Assembly: GCA_910583765.1 (NCBI GenBank)
Contig: CAJTYS010000019.1
Coordinates: forward strand, 7,246-71,245
Direction: 5' to 3'
Length of the DNA: 64,000 nt
DNA from: an uncultured Eubacteriales bacterium
GTDB lineage: Bacteria > Bacillota > Clostridia > Peptostreptococcales > Anaerovoracaceae
Position numbers and translations under genes: made by a program. The notes under the pieces are model-generated. The model made no database searches, had not been told where the DNA came from, and worked only from the letters and a program-made list of their open reading frames with translations. Shown one piece after another: positions 39,625-49,710 of the stretch. Every line of letters begins with the position of its first letter. The stretch's first letter is position 1.

Positions 39625-40488
39625 ATGATTATGAAAAGCAGCAACACTATGAAAATCGCGATTATCGGCCTGGGGCTCATCGGCGGCTCCATGGCAAAAG
39701 CGATCAAAGAAAACACGGAACATCTTGTATACGGCATGGATCTGAAGGACACTGTCGTAAAAAAAGCTCAGCTCATCGGTGCCATTGACGCGCCTTTGAC
39801 AGACGAGCTGCTGGCAGACTGCGACTTGAGCATCATTGCCCTTTATCCCCAGGCTTCCATTGATTTTGTGGAAAACAAACAGGAGATCTTTAAAAAAGGC
39901 TCTATTGTCTTGGACTGCTGCGGCGTGAAGGAAATTGTCTGCGCCCACATCGAGCCTATCGCCTTAAAGCAGGGCTTTGTCTTCATCGGCGGCCATCCTA
40001 TGGCTGGGCTGGAACACTCTGGCTTTGACCATGCGAAAAAGGCTCTCTTTCAAAATGCTTCCATGATCTTGACCCCTACCAAGGGCAATATTCAAGACGT
40101 GGAAAAGGTAAAAGACCTGTTCACAGCCATTGGCTTTACCAATATCCAAATCGCTACGCCAAAGGAACACGATCAAATGATCGCCTTCACTTCCCAGCTG
40201 GCTCATGTGGTTTCCAGCGCCTACATCAAAAGTCCGGCCGCGCTAAAGCACAAGGGTTTTTCCGCAGGCAGCTATCGGGACCTGACCCGCGTGGCAAAGC
40301 TGAACGAGGATATGTGGACTGAACTGTTCCTGGACAATCCGCGGTTCCTGGCAGAAGAGATCGATGGCATCGCGGATCGGCTGAAAGCATACAGCCAGGC
40401 CATCAAGGAAAAAGACAGCGACACCTTGCGGGCATTGCTAAAGGACGGCCGCGAGAAAAAAGCATTGATTGATGGGGAGATATTCTAA
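39625..40488 (+). CDS. tyrA: Prephenate dehydrogenase
   Basis: IIGLGLIGGS, GGHPMAG, HDQMIAFTSQLAH, DLTRVA. Confidence 0.93.
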   Translation: MIMKSSNTMKIAIIGLGLIGGSMAKAIKENTEHLVYGMDLKDTVVKKAQLIGAIDAPLTDELLADCDLSIIALYPQASIDFVENKQEIFKKGSIVLDCCGVKEIVCAHIEPIALKQGFVFIGGHPMAGLEHSGFDHAKKALFQNASMILTPTKGNIQDVEKVKDLFTAIGFTNIQIATPKEHDQMIAFTSQLAHVVSSAYIKSPAALKHKGFSAGSYRDLTRVAKLNEDMWTELFLDNPRFLAEEIDGIADRLKAYSQAIKEKDSDTLRALLKDGREKKALIDGEIF

Positions 40489-41558
40489 TGGAAACAATCA
40501 CAATTTCAGCATCAAAAACCTACAAAGTCATCACGGATTCGGGCCTTTTGGCTCGAGCCGGCGGATTCGTTAGGGAAGCCTTGGGGGAAAAGGGGAAGAA
40601 GCTCTGCATTGTGACAGATGACCAGGTGGACGCTCTTTACACCGCGCCTCTCAAAACTTCTCTGCGCGAAGCAGGCTATGAGACTGTGACCTTCGCGTTT
40701 CCTCATGGAGAAGCCTCCAAAAGCATGGACACCCTTTCCCGTCTGCTGGAATTCCTAGCCGAGAACCAGCTGACCCGTTCCGATGCGCTCATTGCGCTGG
40801 GAGGCGGCATACCAGGCGACCTGACCGGTTTCGCCGCAGCCTCTTATTTGAGAGGAATCCCCTTCGTGCAGGTGCCCACCACCCTTCTTGCGGCAGTGGA
40901 CTCCTCAGTGGGAGGCAAAACCGGCGTGAATCTGAAGGCTGGAAAAAACCTGGCAGGTGCTTTCTGGCAGCCTTCTCTGGTGCTCTTTGACATGGACACC
41001 ATCAAAACCCTTTCCTACGACCTGCTCCTGGACGGAGTCGCGGAATCCATCAAAGCCGGCGCCATCGCTGACAAAGAACTCTTCCTTTATATACAAGAGG
41101 CTGAGCAGCTCACCAGCCCGCAAACCATCGCCCATCTCAGCCGCAGGGCCATTGAAATCAAACGAGAAGTGGTGGAAGCGGACGAACGAGACACTGGCGT
41201 GCGCCAACTCCTCAACTTTGGGCACACCATTGGTCACGCAATCGAAAAAAGCAGTGATTTTTCCATTACCCACGGTCACGCAGTGGCCATGGGCATGGCC
41301 ATCGCAGCAAAAGCTTCTGAAAAAATGGGATGGTCCCAGGAAGACTGCTGCGCCCCGATCACAGACAGTCTGCGGAAATTCCGCTTTCCTCTGGAATGCC
41401 CATTCACAGCCACCCAACTGGCAGAAGCCGCAATGAAGGATAAAAAACGCATGGGAGATTCCATCACTTTGGTCATCCCCGTGGCTTTAGGAAATTGTCA
41501 ACTGAAAAAAATACCAGTATCACAATTAGAAGATTTTATAAAGGCAGGACTATCATGA
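40488..41558 (+). CDS. aroB: 3-dehydroquinate synthase
   Basis: GEASK, ALGGG, PTTLLAAVDSSVGGKT, KNLAG, LNFGHTIGHAIE, HGHAVA. Confidence 0.96.
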   Translation: METITISASKTYKVITDSGLLARAGGFVREALGEKGKKLCIVTDDQVDALYTAPLKTSLREAGYETVTFAFPHGEASKSMDTLSRLLEFLAENQLTRSDALIALGGGIPGDLTGFAAASYLRGIPFVQVPTTLLAAVDSSVGGKTGVNLKAGKNLAGAFWQPSLVLFDMDTIKTLSYDLLLDGVAESIKAGAIADKELFLYIQEAEQLTSPQTIAHLSRRAIEIKREVVEADERDTGVRQLLNFGHTIGHAIEKSSDFSITHGHAVAMGMAIAAKASEKMGWSQEDCCAPITDSLRKFRFPLECPFTATQLAEAAMKDKKRMGDSITLVIPVALGNCQLKKIPVSQLEDFIKAGLS

Positions 41559-42796
41559 ACATCGAAATCATACCCCACACCCTGGCGGGCACCGTAGACG
41601 CAGTGACCTCCAAATCCCACGGGCACAGGCTCCTGATCGCCGCCGCCCTGTCAAAAAAACCGACAAATGTGATCATCGACACTTCATCCCAGGACATCGA
41701 AGCCACCCGGGACTGTCTGAAGCAGCTGTCCGCTCATATTCCCATTCTGGATTGCAAGGAAAGCGGCTCCACCCTGCGATTTCTCCTGCCTGTGGTCATG
41801 GCGCTGAAAGACGAAGCCATGTTCATGGGTTCCGGCAGACTGCCAGAACGCCCGATTTCTCCTTTGAAGGAAGAAATGGAAGCCCATGGCTGCGTTTTCA
41901 CCAATAAACGGCGGCAAAAGGACGGCGCGAAAGAAATCTGCCACGTAAAAGGCAGACTCAAAGGCGGGATCTTCACCCTTCCTGGAAATGTCAGCTCCCA
42001 GTACATCACTGGCCTGCTGTTCGCTTTGCCCCTTTTAAAGGAAAACAGCCAGATCCGCGTCACTTTGCCTCTGGAATCAAAGCGGTACGTGGATCTGACC
42101 GTGGATGTAATGGAAAAATGCCATATCGAAGTCTATGTGGAAGAAAAGGACGGAATCCTGACTTACAAGGTCCAGGGCAGGCAGCAATATCTGCCGCCTG
42201 CTGAAATGATAGCTGAAGGCGATTGGTCCAACATCGCTTTTTGGATTGCCGCTGGAGTCCTTTCTAAAGAAGCTGGCGTCATCTGCAGAGGCCTGAATCA
42301 CCGTTCGATCCAAGCTGACCGAGAAATCATCAACATTTGCCTGAGAATGGGCGGCAAGATCTTGGAAAAACACAGCAGTCTGCTGGCTATGGAAGCGCCG
42401 CTGAAAGGGATCCATGTGGATGTATCCGGCATCCCTGACCTGGTTCCGATCCTGGCAGTCATGGCCACTGCAGCAAAAGGCACGACCCATATCCACAACG
42501 CTGCCAGGCTGCGGCTCAAAGAGTCGGATCGCCTGGCCGCCATGTATGACTGTCTCTCTCGTTTGGGCGCTGACATCATAGAAGAGCCAGGCGGCTTGAC
42601 CATCACCGGCGGCAAAGGGCTGAAAGGCGGGACAGTCAGCGGTTACAATGACCACCGGATCGTCATGGCCATGTCCGTGGCTTCCATGTTGTGCGATGGA
42701 CCGCTGATCATCGAAGGCGCAGAGGCAGTGAAGAAATCTTATCCAAAGTTTTTTGAAGACTTTGAAGGGCTGGGAGGTGAATACCATGTTCTCTAG
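41555..42796 (+). CDS. aroA: EPSP synthase
   Basis: SKSHGHR, ESGSTLRF, SSQYITGLL, RLKESDR, DHRIVM, KSYPKFF; start set at ATG 41555. Confidence 0.95.
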   Translation: MNIEIIPHTLAGTVDAVTSKSHGHRLLIAAALSKKPTNVIIDTSSQDIEATRDCLKQLSAHIPILDCKESGSTLRFLLPVVMALKDEAMFMGSGRLPERPISPLKEEMEAHGCVFTNKRRQKDGAKEICHVKGRLKGGIFTLPGNVSSQYITGLLFALPLLKENSQIRVTLPLESKRYVDLTVDVMEKCHIEVYVEEKDGILTYKVQGRQQYLPPAEMIAEGDWSNIAFWIAAGVLSKEAGVICRGLNHRSIQADREIINICLRMGGKILEKHSSLLAMEAPLKGIHVDVSGIPDLVPILAVMATAAKGTTHIHNAARLRLKESDRLAAMYDCLSRLGADIIEEPGGLTITGGKGLKGGTVSGYNDHRIVMAMSVASMLCDGPLIIEGAEAVKKSYPKFFEDFEGLGGEYHVL

Positions 42797-43868
42797 TTTT
42801 GGAAACCATTTGAAAGTTCATATCTTCGGCGGGTCCCACGAACCAGAGATCGGAGTGACCATCAGCGGCCTTCCGCTCCATACTGCCTTTGACCTAGGCG
42901 AACTGCAGCGATTTCTCGACAGGCGGGCGCCGGGTAACAGCCCCTTTGCCACAGCCAGAAAAGAACCTGATCAAGTCCGGCCTGAAAAGGGCCTGCGGAT
43001 CATCGACAATTTGGCCATTACCACAGCGCCCCAAGTCACTCTGACCATTGCCAACACCAACGTGCGCTCCCAGGATTACAAAAATCTGCGGGACGTCCCC
43101 CGCCCTGGCCACGCGGATTACACGGCACATGTGAAATATGGCGGCAAGCTGAACATGGCAGGCGGCGGCCCCTTTTCCGCCAGGATGACCGCGCCTCTGT
43201 GCATCGCAGGAGGCATCGCCCTGCAGCTTCTGAAAAAAAGAAACATTGAAATCGCTGCCCATATCCATTCCATCGCAGATATCCAGGATACGCCTTTTGA
43301 TCCGCTGGATCCTTTGGCTCCCTCAGATCTGGAGTTTCCTGTGCTGAATCCAGCCGCTGGAGAGAAGATGCAGCAGCGGATCCTGGCTGCCCGCAAAGAC
43401 GGGGATTCCGTGGGCGGGGTGGTGGAAGTTTACGCAAAAAACTGTCCTGCCGGCCTGGGAGGTCCCATGTATGACGGGGTAGAAAGCATCCTGGCTCCCA
43501 TTTTCTTTGGAATTCCAGCAGTCAAAGGCATAGAATTCGGCGCAGGCTTTTCCAGCGCTAACATGAAAGGTTCAGAAAACAATGACCCTTTTCGCATGGC
43601 AGGCACAAAAGTCGTGACCACTACCAATCATCACGGCGGCATCCTGGGGGGCATCACTTCCGGCATGCCCATCATCGCACGGCTGGCGTTCAAGCCAACT
43701 CCGTCCATCGCCAAGGAGCAGCCATCTGTCAGCCTGAGCAAAAAAGAAAACCAAACCCTGTCCATCACTGGCAGACATGACCCTTGTGTGGCAGTGCGCG
43801 CCGTGCCTGTCTGTGAAGCGGCCATGGCCATTGGACTTTTAACTATGATTATGGAGGAACAAGCATGA
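42786..43868 (+). CDS. aroC: Chorismate synthase
   Basis: GGSH, PRPGHAD, FSARMTA, GGILGGITSG, FKPTPSI, GRHDPC. Confidence 0.95.
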   Translation: MFSSFGNHLKVHIFGGSHEPEIGVTISGLPLHTAFDLGELQRFLDRRAPGNSPFATARKEPDQVRPEKGLRIIDNLAITTAPQVTLTIANTNVRSQDYKNLRDVPRPGHADYTAHVKYGGKLNMAGGGPFSARMTAPLCIAGGIALQLLKKRNIEIAAHIHSIADIQDTPFDPLDPLAPSDLEFPVLNPAAGEKMQQRILAARKDGDSVGGVVEVYAKNCPAGLGGPMYDGVESILAPIFFGIPAVKGIEFGAGFSSANMKGSENNDPFRMAGTKVVTTTNHHGGILGGITSGMPIIARLAFKPTPSIAKEQPSVSLSKKENQTLSITGRHDPCVAVRAVPVCEAAMAIGLLTMIMEEQA

Positions 43869-45007
43869 AATTAGAAGACATTAGAAAAGACATCGACAAG
43901 GTGGACACCCAAATTTGCCAGCTGTTCAAAGAACGGATGGATCTAGCCCTGGAAGTGGCCAAAACCAAAGAAGAAAACAATCTGGCCGTCGCCAATGTTT
44001 CCAGGGAAAAGGAGATCCTGCACCGCATTTCCGAAGAAATCGGTGAACCGCTGGACAGCTATGCCCGCATCCTGTTCAGCACCCTGTTTGACTTGAGCCG
44101 TTCTTATCAGAACAATTACCTTTCCCGCATTTCTGACATTGGAGATCGGATCCAAAAGGCCCTGGAAGAAACGCCAAAGCTGTTTCCAAAGAAAGCGGTC
44201 GTGGCCTGCCAGGGTGTGCAGGGCTCTTACTCCCAGGCTGCCTGCGAAAAGCTGTTTGAAGTCCCAAGCACCATGTATTTCAACAGTTTTGAGGGCGTGT
44301 TCAACGCAGTGGAAAAGGGCCTGTGCCAGTACGGGATCCTGCCGCTGGAAAATAGTTCTTACGGCTCTGTGGGCACGGTATATGATTTGATGAAAAACTA
44401 CAATTTCCATATTGTCAAGAGCATCCGTCTGCGGGTGAACCACAGCCTGCTGGCTAAACCAGGCGCGCAGCTAAGGGATATCAAGGAAATCTTTTCTCAC
44501 GAGCAGGCTATCGGCCAATGCGGGGAATTCCTGAAGACCCTGAAAGATGTGAAGATCACTGTATGTGAAAACACTGCGAGAGCGGCGAAGATGGTGGCGG
44601 AATCCGACAGAAGCGATGTGGCGGCCATCTGCTCTAGAGACTGCATGGAGCTGTATGGGCTGGAATCCCTCAACAACAATATTCAGGTCAGTGACAACAA
44701 TTATACCCGCTTTATCTGCATTTCTAAGAACCTGGAAATCTACCCAGGAGCCAACAAAATCAGCCTGATGCTGTCCCTGCCCCATAGACCGAGCTCTCTA
44801 TACCATATGATCGCCAAGTTTTCCGCCCTGGGTGTGAATTTGACAAAGCTGGAATCCCGCCCAGTGCCTGGCAGCGATTTTGAATTCATGTTTTATTTTG
44901 ACATGGAGGCTTCCGTATATTCGCCGGAGGTGGTGAATCTGCTGGGACAGCTGGAAAATCAGCCGGAAATCTTTGTGTTCCTGGGCAGTTATTCGGAAAC
45001 CATCTGA
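43865..45007 (+). CDS. pheA: Bifunctional chorismate mutase / prephenate dehydratase
   Basis: N-terminal CM2 (IRKDIDKVD), PLENSS, SHEQAIGQC, NNYTRF, ACT-domain NLTKLESRP. Confidence 0.94.
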   Translation: MKLEDIRKDIDKVDTQICQLFKERMDLALEVAKTKEENNLAVANVSREKEILHRISEEIGEPLDSYARILFSTLFDLSRSYQNNYLSRISDIGDRIQKALEETPKLFPKKAVVACQGVQGSYSQAACEKLFEVPSTMYFNSFEGVFNAVEKGLCQYGILPLENSSYGSVGTVYDLMKNYNFHIVKSIRLRVNHSLLAKPGAQLRDIKEIFSHEQAIGQCGEFLKTLKDVKITVCENTARAAKMVAESDRSDVAAICSRDCMELYGLESLNNNIQVSDNNYTRFICISKNLEIYPGANKISLMLSLPHRPSSLYHMIAKFSALGVNLTKLESRPVPGSDFEFMFYFDMEASVYSPEVVNLLGQLENQPEIFVFLGSYSETI

Positions 45008-45048
45008 CATGCTTTTGATGGAAAAATCTCTTGAAAGGAGGATCTGCC

Positions 45049-46017
45049 ATGACATATGGTTTGATTGGGGAAAAGCTGGGTCACAGCTACTCGAAGATCA
45101 TTCATGAAGCGCTGGGCAGCTATGAATATCAGCTGCTGAGCCTCAGCAGCGAGGCCTTTGAAGCTTTTGTGAAAAAGCGGGATTTTAAAGGCCTGAACAT
45201 CACGATCCCCTATAAAAAGGCGGTCATCCCTCTCTGCGACCAGGTTTCAGAACTGGCACAGGAAATCGGCGCGGTGAACACCTTGTATTTCCAGGATGAC
45301 GCGCTCTGGGGCACTAACACGGATTATTACGGTTTCCTTTACGCTGCCAAAGCCGCAGGCATTTCCTTTACGGGAAAAAAGGTCCTGATCCTGGGAAACG
45401 GCGGCACCAGTCTCACTGCCCGTAAAGCGGCCCGAGACAGCGGCGCCAGTGAAATCCTCGTTGCCTCCAGGCGGGGTGAGCCGGGCTGCGTGTCCTATGA
45501 AGACCTTGCTTTTCATGAAGATGTGGAGGTCATCATTAATACTACGCCAGTGGGCATGTATCCGGGCAACGGCAGGCGCCTGGTCGATCTTGCCCGCTTC
45601 CCTGCCTGTGGCGGGGTCGTAGATGTGATTTACAATCCATTGACAACAGAACTGCTGCGCCAGGCAGAGGAGCTAAGGATCCCCTGCGCCAACGGGCTGC
45701 CTATGCTGGTGGCCCAAGCAACGGCAGCGGCGGAGTATTTCCTGGGACATGGCGATTTTCAGCAGCAGAACGAGAAGGTTCTGGCAATGCTTCGGGCAGA
45801 GATCGAAAACCTGGTGGTTCTGGGCGGCTCTGAGGAAGCCGCGAGGACAGCGGCTTTGGAGCATGGGAAAATCTTTTCGCCCCTTACTGACCTTTCTGCG
45901 GCCATGGAGCTTGGAAAGGAAAAGGGATTGTTGATCCATGTGCCTGACAAAGCTGCCTGCTCCGCGGAACATCTGCGTACCCTGACGCAGAATGGGAGAG
46001 TGTTGGAAGAGCGTTAG
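45049..46017 (+). CDS. aroE: Shikimate dehydrogenase with a degenerate C-terminal extension
   Basis: GHSYS, NITIPYK, GAVNT, NTDYYG, NTTPVGM, DVIYNP, GLPMLVAQA; AGGAGG RBS before ATG 45049. Confidence 0.92.
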   Translation: MTYGLIGEKLGHSYSKIIHEALGSYEYQLLSLSSEAFEAFVKKRDFKGLNITIPYKKAVIPLCDQVSELAQEIGAVNTLYFQDDALWGTNTDYYGFLYAAKAAGISFTGKKVLILGNGGTSLTARKAARDSGASEILVASRRGEPGCVSYEDLAFHEDVEVIINTTPVGMYPGNGRRLVDLARFPACGGVVDVIYNPLTTELLRQAEELRIPCANGLPMLVAQATAAAEYFLGHGDFQQQNEKVLAMLRAEIENLVVLGGSEEAARTAALEHGKIFSPLTDLSAAMELGKEKGLLIHVPDKAACSAEHLRTLTQNGRVLEER

Positions 46018-46119
46018 AACAATTAGATTGGTATTATTGTTGTTTTTTTCAGAGCGGGAATGGGAGACCACGGGGAGTGGGGCGGCAAAGCGCCGTCCCG
46101 CTTATTTTGCGTTTCATCG

Positions 46120-46275
46120 CTATCTGCGGAATCTGATGTCTTCCTCTATTTTTTTCAATAATTTGTAACTCTTGTATACCAACACAAAAGTCGCTACGAT
46201 CAGAACGATGAGCACGGCTGGTATCAGGAACTGATAGAGCAACAGAAGGATCGTAGGTGTCCAGGCTTCTAACAT
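46120..46275 (-). CDS. 51-aa single-pass membrane protein missing from the ORF track
   Basis: AGGAGG RBS; MLEAWTPTILLLLYQFLIPAVLIVLIVATFVLVYKSYKLLKKIEEDIRFRR; starts 20 nt after the aroK stop. Confidence 0.65.
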   Translation of the reverse strand: MLEAWTPTILLLLYQFLIPAVLIVLIVATFVLVYKSYKLLKKIEEDIRFRR

Positions 46276-46295
46276 GGCGTTGGCCTCCTTTTTTA

Positions 46296-46895
46296 TCATT
46301 GTGTTTTCGTTAACTTTTTCTCTATTTCTTCACAGATCTCCTGCTCTGATTTGCCATCTGTTTCAATAATGACATCTGCTGCGGATTCGTATTTTTCACG
46401 CCGCTGCTCCATCAATCCGGCGATAAAAGAAACGCTCTTGTCATTCTCCAGGATCGGCCGGTCGTGGCTGTCTTTTACCCGCTCATGGATGGTTTCTGGA
46501 GAAGCAGTAAGCAGCACGATTTTTCCACTTTTTTTCATGGCTTTCACATTGTCTGCCCGTAAGGGTGTGCCGCCGCCGCAGGAAATAACTGCGTTGCTCT
46601 GCCCCTGCAGTTCCATCACCAATTGCGTTTCCATCTCCCGAAAACGCGCTTCACCATAAGTTTCAAAGATGTCAGGGATGCTCATTCCCGCCTGGTCCGC
46701 AATGATTTTGTCCATTTCCACCATTTCCATGGCAAACATAGCGCTGAGACGCTGGGCAATGGTGGTTTTTCCAGTCCCCATGAAGCCGATGAGGAAAACA
46801 TTGTGGCTAAAATGGGCTCCTATATGCAAATCCCTGCCGTTTTCACTGCTGCGGCAGGGTATGCTTTTTTTTGCTGTGTTCTTAGCTTGTTTCAT
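46296..46895 (-). CDS. aroK: Shikimate kinase
   Basis: LIGFMGTGKTT, GEARFRE, SCGGG, RPIL, R...YE. Confidence 0.93.
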   Translation of the reverse strand: MKQAKNTAKKSIPCRSSENGRDLHIGAHFSHNVFLIGFMGTGKTTIAQRLSAMFAMEMVEMDKIIADQAGMSIPDIFETYGEARFREMETQLVMELQGQSNAVISCGGGTPLRADNVKAMKKSGKIVLLTASPETIHERVKDSHDRPILENDKSVSFIAGLMEQRREKYESAADVIIETDGKSEQEICEEIEKKLTKTQ

Positions 46896-47023
46896 ATATG
46901 TATGCTCTCGCTTTCATCGCTTGGCTTTAAAAATGTTAAATACACCGATGTGTATATCAACTCGGCATTGCCAGCGACCATAATCATTGATCAATGCGCG
47001 CTGCTGGAATTTCAGGCAGCTGC

Positions 47024-47701
47024 TCATTTCCGAAGCTGCTGTTGCTGCATTCCGTCCTGTACGACCATTTCTTTCAGCCGGTCTATGTGAAGGTCAGCTG
47101 CGGCTCTAGCGTCCTCTGCCCTGCCGTCTCGGATCGCCTCCATGATCTGGCGATGTTCCTCCGGCATGTTCTCGGCCCGCCGGAATTCCCCATAATAGAT
47201 GTAACGAAACCGCAGTACCAGCTCCTGCAGCTGCTCGATCATATGCACCAAAATACTGTTGTTGCAGGATTCTACGATGATCCTGTGGAACCTGGTGTCA
47301 TAGGCGATCATGTTTTCCGTATTGCCTTCAGCCACTGCCAGGTTGTACGAGTCAGAAGCCCGTTTCAACTCTTTCATCTGTTCTTCGTTCATACGGGACG
47401 CAGCGAAAAACGCGGCAAGGCCTTCCATGTCCTGCCTGACTTCCAGAATATCTACCATGTCTTTTACGGATATTTGAGAAGCATATGCGCCGCGCCGAGG
47501 TTCGATTGTAATGAGCCCTTCCTTTTCCAGTTTCCGAATCGCTTCACGAATTGGAGTTCTGCTGACTCCCATGTCTTCTGCCAGTTCTACTTCCATCATC
47601 CTGGTTCCGGGAACGATCTTTCCGGTCAGGATCTGCATTTTTAGTTCCTCATAAACGATTTCTCGCAGGGGTCTGTGGTTTTGAATATCAAAGTTTAACA
47701 T
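47024..47701 (-). CDS. GntR-family regulator
   Basis: GVSRTPIREAIRKLE...PRRG; FCD domain. Confidence 0.92.
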   Translation of the reverse strand: MLNFDIQNHRPLREIVYEELKMQILTGKIVPGTRMMEVELAEDMGVSRTPIREAIRKLEKEGLITIEPRRGAYASQISVKDMVDILEVRQDMEGLAAFFAASRMNEEQMKELKRASDSYNLAVAEGNTENMIAYDTRFHRIIVESCNNSILVHMIEQLQELVLRFRYIYYGEFRRAENMPEEHRQIMEAIRDGRAEDARAAADLHIDRLKEMVVQDGMQQQQLRK

Positions 47702-47717
47702 CCCTCATCCTCTCTGA

Positions 47718-48665
47718 CTAACAGGTGGTCCTGGTCCAAAATGTTTCTTTGTAATATGCTTTTAATGCTTCGCAAGCAATCTGTGCTTCCTCTCTATTCC
47801 TACATAAAGCAAAAATCGTCGGCCCGCTTCCACTCATCAATACTGGATTTTTTTTCAGCAGGCTTTGCACTTTGTGCTTTGTATGCATAACATTAGGATA
47901 CCTTGTAAGCGTGAAATTTTCAAGTACATTTACCATATTTTTTTGAATTGTCTTAAACCTTTTTTTGGCTAAGGCATCCACCAGTTCTTCGATGTCAGGC
48001 CGTTCTTTGATCTGGTCCAAACGCAGGCCCTGGTAGGCTTCTGCCGTGGAAACGCCGATGGGCGGCTTTGTCAAAATCAGGTGGCTCCGCAGGCCCTTTG
48101 ACAGCGGTTCCAGGTCAGTTCCAGTCCCTCTGGCTACTGCGCAATGAGCAGCCATGGGGTCCCTGCTCAGGCCAAGGTCCATATTGGTTTTGGCTTGTCC
48201 CATGATGGAAAAAGGAATATCAGAACCTAACTGCTGACCTATGGAGCAAAGTTCTGAAACATCCAGCCCCAATTCCCACAGAGCGTTTAGGGCGTGGATG
48301 ACGGCTGCTCCGTTTCCGCTGCCGCCAGCTAGCCCCGCGGCTACTGGGATCCGCTTTTTGATATCAATGCGGATTTTTCCCTGCCGTCCGCTGCCATAGA
48401 GTTCTGCCATGAGCGCAGCGGCTTTGTATGCCAGGTTTCTTTCATCCCTAGGGAGCCATGGCCGATTGGTCGATACCTCAATGTCAATGTCTTTTCCATG
48501 AAGGTTTTCTCCTATTGCTGGCTCTTTCCATTTTACAGACACATTGTCATGAAGGAGGATCTGCTGCATGACCATTTCCACTTCGTGGTATCCATTTTCC
48601 AGTCTGCGCAGAACATCCAGGCAAAGATTGATTTTTCCATAAGCTCTGATTTGTATTTGTTTCAT
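47718..48665 (-). CDS. ispE: 4-diphosphocytidyl-2-C-methyl-D-erythritol kinase
   Basis: GKINLCL, GYHEV, KRIPVAAGLAGGS, GSDIPF, MSGSGPT. Confidence 0.95.
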   Translation of the reverse strand: MKQIQIRAYGKINLCLDVLRRLENGYHEVEMVMQQILLHDNVSVKWKEPAIGENLHGKDIDIEVSTNRPWLPRDERNLAYKAAALMAELYGSGRQGKIRIDIKKRIPVAAGLAGGSGNGAAVIHALNALWELGLDVSELCSIGQQLGSDIPFSIMGQAKTNMDLGLSRDPMAAHCAVARGTGTDLEPLSKGLRSHLILTKPPIGVSTAEAYQGLRLDQIKERPDIEELVDALAKKRFKTIQKNMVNVLENFTLTRYPNVMHTKHKVQSLLKKNPVLMSGSGPTIFALCRNREEAQIACEALKAYYKETFWTRTTC

Positions 48666-48767
48666 GAATCGTTCTCCTGTTAGAACAAAGTCGTTTTTCT
48701 GATGCACTTTCACTGATGGACTTTGTTGATATTCTGGAAATGCTGTTCTTGATATTCCCCATTAGAT

Positions 48768-48798
48768 AAAAATGAGCGGAACATTCCCGCTCATTTTT
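48768..48798. terminator. Rho-independent terminator
   Basis: AAAAATGAGCGG-aacattc-CCGCTCATTTTT. Confidence 0.8.
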
Positions 48799-48825
48799 AT
48801 CCAGGAATCTTCGATTCCATCATTT

Positions 48826-49710
48826 TTATTTCTTGTTTTTGTTGGATTTGTTTTTTGTGTTTCGTTGTTTGCCGGTTTGGTTCTTTGGTCTTGTGCCGCT
48901 GTTCTTTTTCTGCGCTTGAGGTTTCTTCTTTGGCGCTTTGTACTTTCCGCCGGCAGCGGAAATCGGCCGTGGACCTGTTACTCGTTTGTTATTGGAGATT
49001 GGTTTCTTTTCTTCCAGATCCTCGAGAACTTCTCGCTCTTTTTCTGCTCGTTTGGCTGCCGCAGCCGCCTGCTTTTCTTTGTTCTTTCTATCTTTTTCTA
49101 CGATTTCTTCAACAGATTTTCCAGTGCGCTTCGCCTCTTTGTATGGATTGACGGTTTCCGTCTTTCCTTTGTTAGCTCGCTCTTTTTCCTGCTGTTTCTT
49201 CATGCTCCTGGAAGTGAAGAAAATCATGCCCACCATCATCACGCCCATCATGATCATATTGACAGTGGTGGCTTGGGTACGGTTCAGGGTGGTGAAAGCG
49301 ACTTTATCCTGCGTGGTCAGGGTGTCGCCGTTGGTTGCCTGAAATCCCGGGTCAATGGTCAGTGTATATTTGGTATCATCTTTGATTTTGGTCTGGTCAC
49401 TGCTCAATACCATGACCTGGCCTTCTTCTTTTGGATTGTAGGCCACATAAATAGGCAGTTCTTTGCCTTTTTCATCTACCAGCTTCACCTTTTCTTTGTT
49501 GGCTTTCCGAATCTCCTTTGTTTCTGGCCGCACATCCTGATTGAACCAGATCTTGACACTGACATTTTCTACGGAAGTGCCTGTGGCTCCGTCTTTTGGG
49601 TACTGGTCTTGTATGGTCAAACCGCCCTGTGCAGCAAAGCACATGGGTGCTGATATGGCAGCTAGTATAAAGGAAAGGCATAGGATTGCGCCAATTCTTT
49701 TCATAGTCAT
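48826..49710 (-). CDS. Membrane protein with an extracellular Ig-like (Big_5-type) domain and Lys-rich tail
   Basis: Signal peptide, YPKDGATG...IWFNQ...YTLTI...FTT, one TM helix, basic C-terminus. Confidence 0.7.
   Translation of the reverse strand: MTMKRIGAILCLSFILAAISAPMCFAAQGGLTIQDQYPKDGATGTSVENVSVKIWFNQDVRPETKEIRKANKEKVKLVDEKGKELPIYVAYNPKEEGQVMVLSSDQTKIKDDTKYTLTIDPGFQATNGDTLTTQDKVAFTTLNRTQATTVNMIMMGVMMVGMIFFTSRSMKKQQEKERANKGKTETVNPYKEAKRTGKSVEEIVEKDRKNKEKQAAAAAKRAEKEREVLEDLEEKKPISNNKRVTGPRPISAAGGKYKAPKKKPQAQKKNSGTRPKNQTGKQRNTKNKSNKNKK

Noticed and set aside
48772..49653. 293-aa plus-strand hydrophobic ORF with a His-rich stretch
   Set aside because: Antisense shadow of the Lys/Met-rich minus-strand gene; the other short overlapping ORFs in the track were dismissed for the same reason
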